A DNA stretch of 64,000 nt from Mobula birostris (taxonomy: Eukaryota): positions 27,149,821 to 27,213,820 of the forward strand of contig NC_092379.1 of the NCBI RefSeq assembly GCF_030028105.1, written 5' to 3'. Shown piece after piece: positions 52,187-64,000 of this stretch (positions are counted from its first letter, which is position 1; each line of letters opens with the position of its first letter). Made by a program: the position numbers and the translations under genes. Below the pieces are notes generated by a model, which worked only from the letters and a program-made list of their open reading frames with translations, was not told the DNA's origin and did no database searches.

Positions 52187-53048
52187 ATGCTGTCCCAATT
52201 TATATATACGTTCCCTATTGCAGCAGCGTTACTGGCGGGTAAGTTTCTGGAGTTTCGAACATTATGATTCTCATGAGTGCAGAGAAGGATAATTTATAAG
52301 TCAATACCCGGAATACAATATTAACAAAAAGGGGAATATGTCCCAGTTCTCCTGTAACTGACATTAAAATGTTTGAGGGGAGATTCCAGGTCAAACACAG
52401 TTGAGCCCATTGCTGCCTCCAATGGTGAAATGCAACGCTTTTTATTTTGCTCCCCGCGCCCCCCCCCCCCCCCCCGCGCGGGACATATAATGCAAAACTG
52501 TGAACACTGGTAGAAGAGATTTGAAGGATTTTTTTTCGGTGCTTTTGATCTCTTCTTTAAGAAAAGTTAGATTCCTTTCTCTATGGAACCATCCCAGAAA
52601 TCTCCACAGAACGAATATTTCGATTCGACAACATTCAAGCCCCAACTCAGGTCAGTACCAGAGGTCATGGTGCTGCTAGATAGAGATGGTGTGTGCACAG
52701 CAGGGTGGTGTTGTTTAATTGAAATATTTTTCGGATGTTTTCAGGTCATTGTCGAGGCGATGCCGTTTTTCAGACACCTACATCCACAGTAATTGAAGGC
52801 GGTGAAGCAACGTTGAACTGTAACTACAATACTACAAACATTGGCCAATTTTCATTACAATGGTACCGTCAGTATCCCGGCGGAACTCTGGAGCACCTGT
52901 TGCTCCGGACGAAATACGACGCTAACCCAAAGAAGACCCCAGGACAACGCTTCGCGGCACAGCTGGATGATTCGAGGAGGACGGTCCCACTTTCCGTGTC
53001 TGAAGCGCAGCTAGGAGACGAGGCTCTGTACTTCTGCGCGCTGAGACT
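52187..53048 (+). CDS. TCR alpha/delta-type V segment V4, paralog of V2 (leader 52187-52238, intron 52239-52744, V exon 52745-53048)
   Basis: Leader MLSQFIYTFPIAAALLAG, intact splice sites, open V frame. Confidence 0.92.
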
Positions 53049-53087
53049 CACAACGACACAAACTTAACCTGCGTCTGTACAAAAACT
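53049..53087 (+). other. 23-RSS of V4 (CACAACG - 23 nt - ACAAAAACT)
   Basis: Spacer counted as 53056-53078. Confidence 0.92.
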
Positions 53088-55126
53088 GCTTGATCTCCTT
53101 GAAGCCATCTGTGTGTAAACGCGATTTTGTCTGCAATTGCAAGTATTAGCAGATCTCTGCAATTATGACAATGCCAATATATTATATACCAGTATTATTC
53201 AATCTTAAATATTCTGGTCCAATCCGATTAAACAGTTTTGTACTGGATCTGCTCTCGTGCCCATTCGGAAAGATAATTCAAGAGCAGTTATGTACACAGA
53301 ATCCCTTATTGTTTTACCTGTGTCTTGTATTAACTATCATCTGCTGTAGTATTGACGATGGAAGTGGAACGTTAAATCAGCTTAAGTGCTCTGGCAATTG
53401 TGACAGGAAATGCATCGACTTCGAATAGGTGAACAGATGATTGTTTGTTTGTTTGTTTGTTTACAAACAGTAAACTTTTGAACAAACATTCCTGTTCCCC
53501 GTCACGGACCCTGAATAGTAAACAAAAAAAAAAAAAGGAGCATTCAAAATACGCACTTCCTTAAAAGCGCCTGCCGCGTATACCTTTGTTCGACACGGCG
53601 GATTTAACATATGGAATAAAACGTTGAACTTGAGTGTGTCGTAGCCGTTGTGAGAACACAGGCTAGCTGGTCAACGGCGATCACTAATTTCGGTGTTATA
53701 ATTTGGAGAAGTTTAATGAATGAATATTTATGCTATAGGACTCGTAGGATTCATGTTCTTAGCTGTTTTCCCCGAGTCAACACAGTTTCATTGTTATGTG
53801 TGCAGGCGCAATAAAGTGCGAGCTTCGATTATTTACGAGTTGCGTTGTGAATTTCCCCACCTATCCGCTGACGAACGGTGAACACCTTCCCAAGCATTAT
53901 GTGCAGCTTTGACTTACTCAGAGGAAGGGGAGAGCACGGCACTTGCAAATGCTATGTTACATACCCAAAGTATAAGAGACAGGATATCACGGAAATGTTC
54001 AATAAGCAATGCAGCTGCACCTCCTAGGTTAACCAATTCGAAGGGCAGCGCCTTTCACAATTAGAATATGGCACGTCCACACAGGACGGCAGTACATCAA
54101 CACTTACTGTGGGAGGGACATTTTATCCTGTATATGTTGTTGTGTGGATAGCTCCCATTTTTCCAATCTTTATTATCGATTAAAAGTTATTTAATATCCC
54201 GAGATTTAGTTTATTTGCTATTTCTGTACATTTATTTCATTCTGATCTATATATCATCGAACTTATGTTGAGAATCTGGAAATTAATATTGCAGGAGTAT
54301 GAGTCCGCTCTCAGTAGTGACAAGTATCTGAATACAGAGGTACCGGAATATTACCGATTTTAACTCGCAGTTAACTGCATTAACCCACTATGAAGACGAG
54401 GTATTTTGAAAGCGCAGCATAGTTTTTGATTAAAACGGACCAGCTGAAAGCTCATGCTTAGTGAATTAATTGTGTGACTCCACACACGGCTTGTATAGAA
54501 AACAATGTGTTTTAGATATATGATTCTGAGTAACTGACGGTTAAATATATCTGATTGGGTATGAGTTTGCAGCATCAAATTTCGAAGGTGGCTAAATTCA
54601 GATTAAAAGTTAAAGTGGCCTTCCTATATTAGCAGAAGACATAGTGTAGTCGAATACACGTTGTAGAAAGAATAGGGCAGACGTAATACAAGCACAAGCG
54701 GAAAGACCTGCAACATAACAGTGAATAAATAGAATAATTAGACACTGCCGATTAAGGTACAATCATTACGCCGCAGCCCCCAGGCTTCTGAGCGTTAACG
54801 GAAAACTTCGCTCAGCTTAGTCCGGCGCTGTCTGCACAGTCGACAGACTCACTTTCATGATAAGTCGTGCTCCAAGAATTTCCTTTGTTTTTATTTTCCC
54901 ATCCTATAATCCTTTATTTGTTCATACTATAATCCTGTACTTCCCTGCTTATAATTTCGTATATTGCAATTAGTATATTTTATTTTATTTTTTTCTGTAC
55001 TGGCTGCCATTCAATAAATATAAAGGTAGTATATGATGACCTATCGGTACTTTGATATCAAATATACTTTTAACATAGCAGTTGGAACAACTAGGAGCAT
55101 GCCGAACAGTTACTCAGTGCAATATA

Positions 55127-55609
55127 GCATGGCGGGCAAACGCTTGGCCACCCCTGGTCAAAATTTCGGTTAGTGTGAACAGCTAACCTAGCACAAGATG
55201 CCCTGATTTCCAAAAGGCATAAAGGTAATGATCGCCCACTTCTGTAATATTTTAAGCAAGATTACTTTTTATTTTCCATTTTTTACAGTTTCCAAATAAC
55301 AGAAAAGGAAGAGGGCGCGAAGCAAAGGTTTGGGAACACTGCATGTTCAGTACTTAGTAACACCCGCTTTCTCAAGCATCACAGCTTGCAAACACGTATT
55401 GTAGCCTGCTAAGTGTATTTCAATTCGTGTGTAGGGAGTTTCCGCCCATTTTTCCTTGTAAAAGTCCTATAGTTATGTCAGATTTTTGGGCCGTCTTGCA
55501 CGCACTGTTCTTTTGAGGTCTATCCACAGATATTCGATTATGTTTAGGTCGGGGGACTGTGAAGACCATGGCAGGACCTTCAGTTTGTACCTCTTCAAGT
55601 AGTCCATTG
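55127..55609 (-). mobile_element. Truncated Tc1 (left TIR and 3' end only; paralog of 14924-15430)
   Basis: Same insertion site and TIR. Homology stops at gtagtccattg, where BEL sequence begins. Confidence 0.85.
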
Positions 55610-58084
55610 GAGATGGCGTTTTCCACGGATGGAACAAGTTTATTAACGTGCTTAGTGTGGGCGAAGACTGGCTGTTCCAGTGTCTTCTCAGTTACTGTAC
55701 TATGCTCGTGCCTTTGTTGTGCTTTCTTGATACACCTAACACTTGTGGAAGGCTGTGAAATTGAATGGCGACCACTTTCTAGCACGTTAATCTTAAGCGT
55801 GTTTACTGTCGGTTTGCGTACGTTCCAGGCCACATCGCTCGTATCACCACCCAGCCCAGATCCAGACGTTGGGCGAAAGGGGCGTTGTGTGGTTCACTAA
55901 CCTGCTGCCTGACTTTGTGCATCCGAAGCACGTCTCTTCAGAGAAACAAGAGTATTTCTGCTTCCAGATCCAGTTCTAGGATGTCCTTGACAATGTGGTA
56001 GAGATGGGGCTGGTATAGAACTGCGCTTGGTATCAGAATCTGGGATCAGTCATTTAAGATCGGATTACACTCTAAGCTTGGGGGGAGACTGATGACGACG
56101 TTGCCATCCAGCGACTCGAGCTGGAAGCCTTCTGCCTTCCTGCCATATGTTTCTGCGATACCAGAACAAGTTCTGACGTAGAATGGGAATGGATTACCCT
56201 TTACGCTGAACAACTCGAGGAACTCTGTTCTCACTAGTGAGCGGTTGTTCTGGTCGTCCAAAATTACATAGTCTTTGATGGCCTTGTCTTTTGCCCCATT
56301 AGGGTTTAACTTAGTGAGGCAGATCTTTAAGCACGAACGGCTCGAACGACCCGAACGACCTGGACTGCAAACTTCTGTGCAGCTCGAGCTGACAATAATT
56401 GTAACAGAGTGATGCTCTCATTCCCCGCCATCCTCTTGTGGGAGCGGAGGAGCCTTGGCAGTTTCGGGTTACGGGCAGGGATGTCTGGCTCTATCGTGAT
56501 TAGCGCTTTACATTCCGAGCACTTTACAGGGAACGTGCACTCTTTAGCGAGGTGGGATGTAGAGGAACAACACTTAAAACATTTATTTTCCTTGAGCAAG
56601 GACTTTCTTTCGTAAAAGTTTTGTTTTGGAACATTCTGCACTTTTGAGGGGGTGGGGTTTGTTGTACAGTGGACAATTCTTACTAGGCTCATCGTTGTTT
56701 GCAGAGACTTCGGTTTTATGCACTGAGACTGGTTTATTGATGACAGCATTGCTCGAAATGGGTTTGACTGGGTTGGTGTGCATTGGGGTGCTGCCTTGAT
56801 TCATGAAGCTCGGGTCGTTTCGACTCTTCGCCTCCTTGCATACAAACCTACCAGAATACTCAAAGAGAGGTATTCGACTACCATTCTCTTCCTTGTACTC
56901 TGAGACAATAGACACCTGCCTTTCCTGCAGCCCAAATGGAAGGTTGTCCACAATTGCTCCAACTCTCTGTGAGGTATCCAGATACCAAAAGTCAGTTAAA
57001 TAGCCGTCTTCATTAGCACCTTCTATCTCCATGAGTGAATCTCCGAGTTCTCGTATTTAGTGTGGTCCTTGGCTAACACCTAGGAAAAAATTCCAGCCGT
57101 TCAAATATCGCCCTCTCAATAATTTCAGGGTCCGCATAGCACCCTCGCAATCTCTCCTATGCTTTCTGTAATGCCAGCTTGTGGTTGCTGACGTACACTG
57201 AGCGTATGCATTTCACCAGTTCACTTGATTCCTTTCCAGCCATTTAGTCATAAGGTCCAACTCTTGGGTTGCTGTGACCTCCATTCCGCCGGTGCACTGG
57301 TGAAAGAGGAATACCGCGCATGGTAATTTTCTGGCTTATTTGTCAAATGGTACAGTCCTCGCTTGACGTGGTCTCGTCGAGCTAGGTACAATACCAAGGG
57401 TTCTGCTGTAGGTGGCGTGCCAACTGGGGGAATATGTTGGGGAAAATATGACTGAGTGTGTACGTTCATGATGGGATTTGATGTGTTGACTACAGCCTTT
57501 GTCTCTGATCTCGCCGGATCTTCGAGATTTTTTTTCAGGAAGTATTCGTAGCCATCCCTTTCATACTTGACTGTATGGCAAGGTTGCAACTGTGAGTTGT
57601 CTTCCCCAGATGTAAGCGATGCAACGAAGCTTCCCTGTAATTTTACATGAGATGGGACGACAACAGGCAATCTGCAGGTCAATTTGAGATTGGACATATT
57701 CGTTGGTGCGTTCCAATTAGTCCCTTTCCGACATAGATTTTACTGCTTCGTCTAGAACGTGCATTTCTTCAGCGTTTTCCAACACGTGTGCGTCCACCGT
57801 GGCCGCATCAGCTTCTCGTTGTAGCGGCAGCACCTCTAACTCTGTATCTATCGTTGCCTTTACCAACTGGTTTTCCGCTTCTCCGGCAGGTTTTTCCATT
57901 TTCAGTTTTGCTTCTTGGTTTCCGTGAGACGTTCGCACCTTGGCGGCTTCTACTTTAGCTCTTGCTAGGACAGCCACTCTTGTCGACGTCCTACTGCTCT
58001 TGGCGCTTAATGCAAGCGACCTGATGTTTAATCGCGAAACCATCGTACCAATTGTCGAAATATCTAATTATTTCGCTTTTTCAC
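55610..58084 (-). mobile_element. BEL/Pao LTR retrotransposon internal region (decayed gag, Zn knuckles, protease)
   Basis: ARAKVEAAKVR-type gag start; CFKCCSSTSHLAKEC..PVKCSEC Cys/His knuckles; YVILDDQNNRSLVR protease-like motif. Confidence 0.88.
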
Positions 58085-58737
58085 TGTAAGTGTTCTCTTG
58101 CAGTGTGTGGAAACTCTGACTAAACACCAAGTTAAACCGGAGCCAATGAAGACAGAGTCCTGGTAACGTTAAGCATTTACTGTTCGCTCTTCAGATTAAC
58201 ATTGTATGGTAAAAATAGAAACATATACAGCGTCTGTTTTATTCTGGAGGCCACGCGCGCTCTCTTCTTTTAGCGAGTGTATCCAGCCGCCCCGAGTAGC
58301 GAGCGAAGGAGGTCCCGTCAAACCACCGCCGGGCCCAAGCCCACCCCGCGTTTGAAATTGAAAAGCCGACCCCCGCGCCACCCGAATCGCCGTCCCCAAA
58401 TAGAAACCGCGATAGTGTTTTTACTTCAAATACTTTCATAGGAACCTACGGCATTGCTTCTATAATGTTTCTTCGTGCGTGAAAACGCAGCTCTTCGCGA
58501 TCATGCTGCAAGCATGGCACACACCTTAACATCTTCCCAAACCGGAGGTTACACAGAAGACGCGGCGAAACCGGGGGTGAAGTCATCACATGCTGCGATA
58601 TACAACAGACAATGAATTTACCTTTATTATACTGTAACTTAATTATCAACATTTAACTTTAACTAGACAATAGTTACAAACAGATGATTTAAAGCATAGA
58701 CCCAGCATTGTCAAATAAATGCCTTCAGGACAACACA
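58085..58737 (-). mobile_element. Single BEL/Pao LTR
   Basis: On the minus strand it is preceded by a PPT-like GTCAGGCGGGA, begins TGT, contains AATAAA (~58236-58241), ends TTACA at 58085 and is followed by gag. Confidence 0.7.
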
Positions 58738-59708
58738 CATCCCGCCTGACCTTTGTAAAGTACTATAAACATGGTATAGAACTTTAGCCTCTAGATCAGT
58801 CTTTAGGTAGAAGCAGAACAACCTCTGTAACTGGTCTCAGGTTTCCTTTTCAGGGTTAGTTGTAAAGATGTGAACCGGTTGACTGCCGACTCTTTGTTGT
58901 TTGGGAGCGCTGGCATGATTCTCTGAACGGTCGTGGGACGACCTTGTTGTTCGCTTCGTCTCTAGTGTTCTTTGTGTTCATTCCTTTTGAGGAGATGGCG
59001 TTTTTCACAGATGGAACGAGTTTATTATCGTGCTCAGTGTGAGCGAAGACTGACTGACCCAGTGTCTTCTCAGTTACTGTACTATGCTTGTGACTTTGTT
59101 GTGCTTCCTTGATACACGTAACACCTGTGGAAGGCTGAACAATTGAATGGCAACCACTTTCTAGCACGTTAATCTTGAGCGTGTTAACTGTCGGTTTGTG
59201 TACGTTCCCAGGCCACACCGCTTGTATCACCAACCAGCCCAGATCCAGACGTTGGGCGAAAGGGGCGTTGTATGGTTCACTGACTTTGTCCATCCTAAGT
59301 ACGTCTCTTCCAAGTAAGAGGAGTATTTCTGCTTCCGGTTCCAGTTCCAGGATGTCCCTGGCAATGTGGTGGAGATGGGGCTGGTATAGCACTGCGCTTG
59401 GTATCGGAATCTCGGATCGGTCATTTAACATCTGATTACACTCTAAGATTGGGTGGAGACTGATGACGACTTTGCCATCCAGCGACTCGAGCTGGAAGCC
59501 TTCTGCCTTCCTGCCATATGTTTCTGCGATACCAGAGCAAGTACTGAAGTAGAATGGGAATGGAATACTGTTTACGCTGAACAACTCGAAGAACTCTGGT
59601 CTCACTAGTGAGCGGTTCCTATAGTCGTCCAGAATTGCATAGGCTTTGATGGCCTTGTCTTTGGCTCATCTAGGGTAAACCTTACTGAGGCAGATCTTTA
59701 TGCACGAA
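58738..59708 (-). mobile_element. Second BEL/Pao internal fragment (protease region, large deletion, pol end, PPT)
   Basis: ORF 58856-59605 repeats the protease region of 55610-56335. RPVTEVVLLLPKD* pol terminus at ~58800-58840. Confidence 0.85.
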
Positions 59709-60550
59709 AGGTAACCTTCCAGTATTTTATACTGTACCCTGAAAGACCAACAACCCTAACCTGGAGTGTAACAGCCAATGAGCTGATCTCCCACTTAACG
59801 TTAAACACTATCTCTGATGTACGTTCACCCACTTTACATTCTGAGCGATTAATACAATGCAGCAGTTCCAGGAACAGTACCATCCGTACTATTGTGAGAA
59901 ACGCTATCAATCAAAACATCATTCCTTCGTATAGCCCTGTTATCGACCAGCATGGGTGATGTGTTTATTCAGACACTATTGTTGCATACATACGGCACCA
60001 GGTATACACCGCACAACCCTGTGTAAAAAATTGCTTGGTCTCGGAACTGCATTGGCAATAAGACTCATACAGCTTTTAGCAAGTATCAAGCCTCTGAGCA
60101 TAATTTGCAATAGTCACAGTTAACTCAGTATAATGTTCCTGCTCACACTTGCCATCAATCATGCAACTGGTCGCTCTAATCACCATAACATCAAAACTCT
60201 GGCAAGTGGGAATTCTCTTTATTAGTCAGAAAATTCCAATTATACAAATGGTTTACTGGGAAAATACAACATCTCAAAACGCTCAACTCCCTTAAGACTG
60301 GTTTAGTAAGTTTGAGATTTGCAGGTAGAGGCTATTTTCTCCTCAGCTCCCGCAAAACAGAATAACAAAACACGAAAAGACAGATAACGTTGCACCAACA
60401 ATCACAAAGTGATCGATATAAGTGGCAAATTTTGGTATGTAGTAAGGAATCTTCATACAAATTCAACAATCTGACCTATTGCTCCACAGTGCAAACTCCA
60501 TTGCCTTCCACAGGGATACATAACATTATCATCAACCGCATATCGTCATC

Positions 60551-61463
60551 CATAGAAACATAGAGAACCTGCAGCACAATACAAGCCCTTCGGCCCACAA
60601 AGTTTTGCTGAACATGTTCTGACATTAGAAGTTACCAGGGTTACCCACAGCACTCTATTTTTCTAAGCTAACAATAAACTATCCAAAAGTCTCTGATAAG
60701 ACCCAATAGTATTCGGTTCCACCACCGTTGCCGGCAGCCCATTCTACGCAGTGACCACTCTGCGAAAAAAAAAAAAACTTACCCCTAACACCTCCTTTGT
60801 ACCTACTCCCCAGCACCTTAAATTATGCCCTGTTGTGGCAGCCATTTCAGACCTGGGAAAACCCTCTGACTATCCACGCGATCAATGCCTCCTATCATCT
60901 TATACAACTCTATTACGTCACCTCCCATCCTCCGTCGCTCCAACGAGAAACGGCCGATTTCACTGACCCTGTTTTCATAAGGCATGCGCCCCAATCCCGG
61001 CAACATCCTTGTACATCTCCTCTGCACCCTTTCTATGCTTTCCACATTCTTCCTGCAGTGAGGCGACCAGAACTGAGCACAGCACTCCATGTGGGGTCCG
61101 AGCAGCTTCCTATGCAGCTGCAATATTATCACTTGGTTCATAAATTCAGTACCGTGATGGATGAAGGTCAATACACCGGATGCTTTCTTAACCACAGAGT
61201 CAACCTGCGCAGCTGCTTTGAGCGTCCTATTGACTCGGACCCCAAGATCCTACTGATCCTCCACACTGCCAAGAGTCTTACCATTAATACTATAGTCGGC
61301 CATCATACTTGACCTACCAAAATGAGTCACTTCATATTTATCTGTGTTGAACTCCATCTTCCACTTCTCAGTCCAGTTTTACATCCTATCAATGTCCCGC
61401 TGTAACTAACCTCTGCCAGCCTTCCACACTATCCACATCACTCCCAACTTAGGTGCCATCAGC
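60551..61463 (-). mobile_element. CR1 fragment (third paralog)
   Basis: ORF 60818-61195; same boundaries as in A and B. Confidence 0.9.
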
Positions 61464-63707
61464 ACTTTGAAATTCTGTAATGCGGGGACACAAATGCACT
61501 CGCTCCAGATCAGTCGGTGGAAATACAGAAAAGAAACACAAAAAATTGAACTACGACAATTACTTTCCAAATGTTCAGTTCCCACTAAATGTGGTCATAT
61601 GTGCTTAAATAGAGGAAGAAGAGAGCAAGAGTCTTCCACGTGCTATGTTATATACTCACTATCTTTGAAACGTATCCTTTCGGAAAATTGTGGTACCTTC
61701 TAAAGTAACTGGTCACAACGGAAACTGTTATAATGAATCAGAATAAGGCACCCTCCCACAGGACATCAGTGCATCAACACTTTCTGTGGCAGGGACTGGC
61801 TTTGTCCCGTATATGCTGCAGTGCAGAAATCTCGGTTGTTTCCGCTCTTTTGTATCCAATAAAAGTTAATTTTAACCCCGTTTTTGAAGTTATTGTTTGG
61901 TATTCTCTAACTGCTGGTCTGCGACAGCAAACGCTATTCAGAAACAGCAAGCTAATCTTCCAGGATTGTTAGTCCGCTCCCAGTAGTGATATGCTGATGA
62001 GTGCACTGGACGCGGAAGAATATGAATTTTAAGTCGTTTTCCAATACATTAAAATGATGAGATATTTTGAAGACGCAGCATATATTTGCTAAATACGGCC
62101 CAGCTGATTGATAATGCGAAGGGGAAATAATTATTTGCAGTAACACCAGACACGGTTTGTATTCACAACCAGGTGCTTTGGAAATATTAACATAGTTTAT
62201 AAACATAATAGGGCAGATGTATATGAACCAGCAGCTGAGCCACCTGCCGCCGAAGTCAGAGGTAAATGGGGTTGTTGCAATAATAGTGGTGATCAGCTTT
62301 CTCTTCCTATAACATGGCTGAATATTATGACCTGTCAATGATGCTGTGATATGAACACTCCAAGACCATTGATAAGTGTAGGATTATAACATAGTCGAAG
62401 ATCTTACTCATTGTGGAATATGTGGTAAGAAACTGAATGAAGCAATATCCTGAGGTTATTTGGACTTTGTCTGTGGAGAAATTGCACAAGGAAATGTAAA
62501 AGGTGAAGAGTGATTTTCAGTAAAAAAACGTAACTCGATAACATGAACACTAAATTGTTCCAGATTTGCCGATTAAGTCGAGGCAAAGCTTTGTGCATGC
62601 AAGTTTGCTACTTCACAGGTGTAAAAGGGGGAAATGTTGAGCGTTCGCAACTGCAGAGTACATTCTACTCCAACAGCAGTTACATGGAATTGCCAAAGGA
62701 ATGACTATCAATGACAGCCACTGTCAAGAACATGCTTGTTTCATTCTTTGATGGGGAAGAATTCTGGAGTCAAAAGGACCACACCAGCGAAATAAAGAAA
62801 AGCCGAAAGGCTATTGCCCTGTAGCCATGTGGCTCCTGAGTAAACGTGGAAAACTGCACTCATCTCAGTCCTGGTCTGATAGCACAACCGACAGACTCAA
62901 TTTAATGATAATTCGTCGTCGCAGCGTGTTCGTTTTAAACTGAGCGTGTTATCTTCTTTTTACACTTTTGATGCGTGCCCGTCTATAGTTACATATATTA
63001 TAATTAATGTATTGCAATTATTTTTTTACCTGATTATCGTGACATCACTATCTACCATTATTAAATTTAACGGCTACCAGGGCTTTGTAAATTAATTTTA
63101 GATATAATTTATTTGTGGAACCTTCATGTCAAATATAGCAGAAAACGATACTTTTCCGAAGGGTCGATGAGGTGAGCCTGCACATAAATTATCCAGTAAT
63201 TACATTTTTCCATCCTTGACTTTAAGAAAAAATAAAAACTTACTTCGGTTTACTTTGACAGCATAAATATCAAACGAGAAATTATAGCTGAGTGTTTCTA
63301 TAAAAACAGGAAGTGGTTTATATCTCTAACTTTATCACAAGGAGATACATGTAAACATGTTCAATTATTCTGCTTCAGTTGCATGAATGGCGAAGGGAAG
63401 TGGGTGTATCCACAACGTAGAAAGAGGAGGTAGAGCGAGATGAGGCTCGACAGAAATTCCGTTTTCATTGCCAAACGATCTATTGAATCCATGGGAAGTG
63501 ACTTTTTTTTTAACGATACTGTTTGAGTACTATAAACAGGAAGGAGACGTCAACATAGGAAAAAAAAAATAGACATGTAGTGAATTGTGTGGTACGCCTC
63601 CTTCGCATTTTCGCAAATGTTACATTACTCACTTAGAAAACAACTCCTATGTTTAGAATTTACAGAATGGAAACATGCCAACTATATATTTTCTACGTCA
63701 CACTACG

Positions 63708-63930
63708 ATGTCACTTCCGATTCTTCCATCTTTGCCTAATTACCTTATATGCAGCTCAATGCTTTGCACGGAAGTTGTAATGGAGGTCAGATCGAGTCTT
63801 ATCTGTCTGTAAAGAATTGATCGGTTGTACTGATAAACAAAGAAGTAGTGATGTATTGCAACGACCCAGTTGATTGGGTGTGTTGGAAAAACAAGAGGCT
63901 TTGTGCTGATTGGATGCGACCAATAATATA
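63708..63930 (+). promoter_or_regulatory. Putative promoter of a third V2-type gene lying just outside the window
   Basis: ATGTCACTTCCG at 63708-63719, CGGAAGT, and GATTGG/GCGACCAATAATATAA as in V2 and V4. Confidence 0.6.
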
Positions 63931-64000
63931 ACAGTACACACCTTCCGAATTTCTAATTAAAACTTCCTTAACACTAAGATTATTTCAGTTGCAATTCACA

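Larger units (their letters stand above)
40623..55609 (+). repeat. Segmental duplication copy B of the two-V cassette (probably starts near 39932)
   Basis: Colinear with 1-15430, including the shared LTR, CR1s, Rex1 and left part of Tc1. Confidence 0.95.
59710..64000 (+). repeat. Partial third cassette copy C (matches ~7285-11605 and ~47805-52175)
   Basis: Same spacer, CR1 and V2-type promoter. The window ends ~12 nt before the expected leader ATG. Confidence 0.93.

Noticed and set aside
5146-53087. NAR-TCR, supporting TCR-delta V, TAILV or IgH/IgL cluster identity
   Set aside because: Each V has its own leader and a single 3' 23-RSS. No D, J or C segments or 12-RSS were seen nearby, and there is no extra CDR1 cysteine. 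An ordinary TCR alpha/delta V array fits best; alpha versus delta cannot be resolved from sequence alone.

Overview
Vertebrate genomic DNA, most likely a cartilaginous fish (inferred from the V-gene family and the CR1/Rex1/Penelope/Tc1/BEL repeat content; not database-confirmed). The window is part of a T-cell receptor alpha/delta-type V-segment array, all on the + strand. There are four intact V genes, each with a phase-1 leader exon, a ~500-nt intron, a 304-nt V exon and a 23-bp-spacer RSS: 5146-5996, 11618-12473, 45694-46548 and 52187-53048. There is also a frameshifted V pseudogene of another family (22902-23360), a probable deeply decayed V relic (~30 kb) and a possible orphan leader (~36.8 kb). 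The intact Vs lie in a tandemly amplified two-V cassette: copy A (1-~15.4 kb), copy B (~40.6-55.6 kb) and a partial copy C (59.7-64 kb) that stops just before its leader ATG. A permuted single-LTR BEL/Pao retrotransposon structure sits at the B/C junction, and an assembly gap lies shortly before copy B. I found no D, J or C segments. I cannot support a wholly new biological system. The most interesting signals are the cassette architecture and its junction, a conserved ETS-CRE-like promoter motif, atypical RSS heptamers, contrasting paralog divergence, and a templated inverted repeat inside a CR1.
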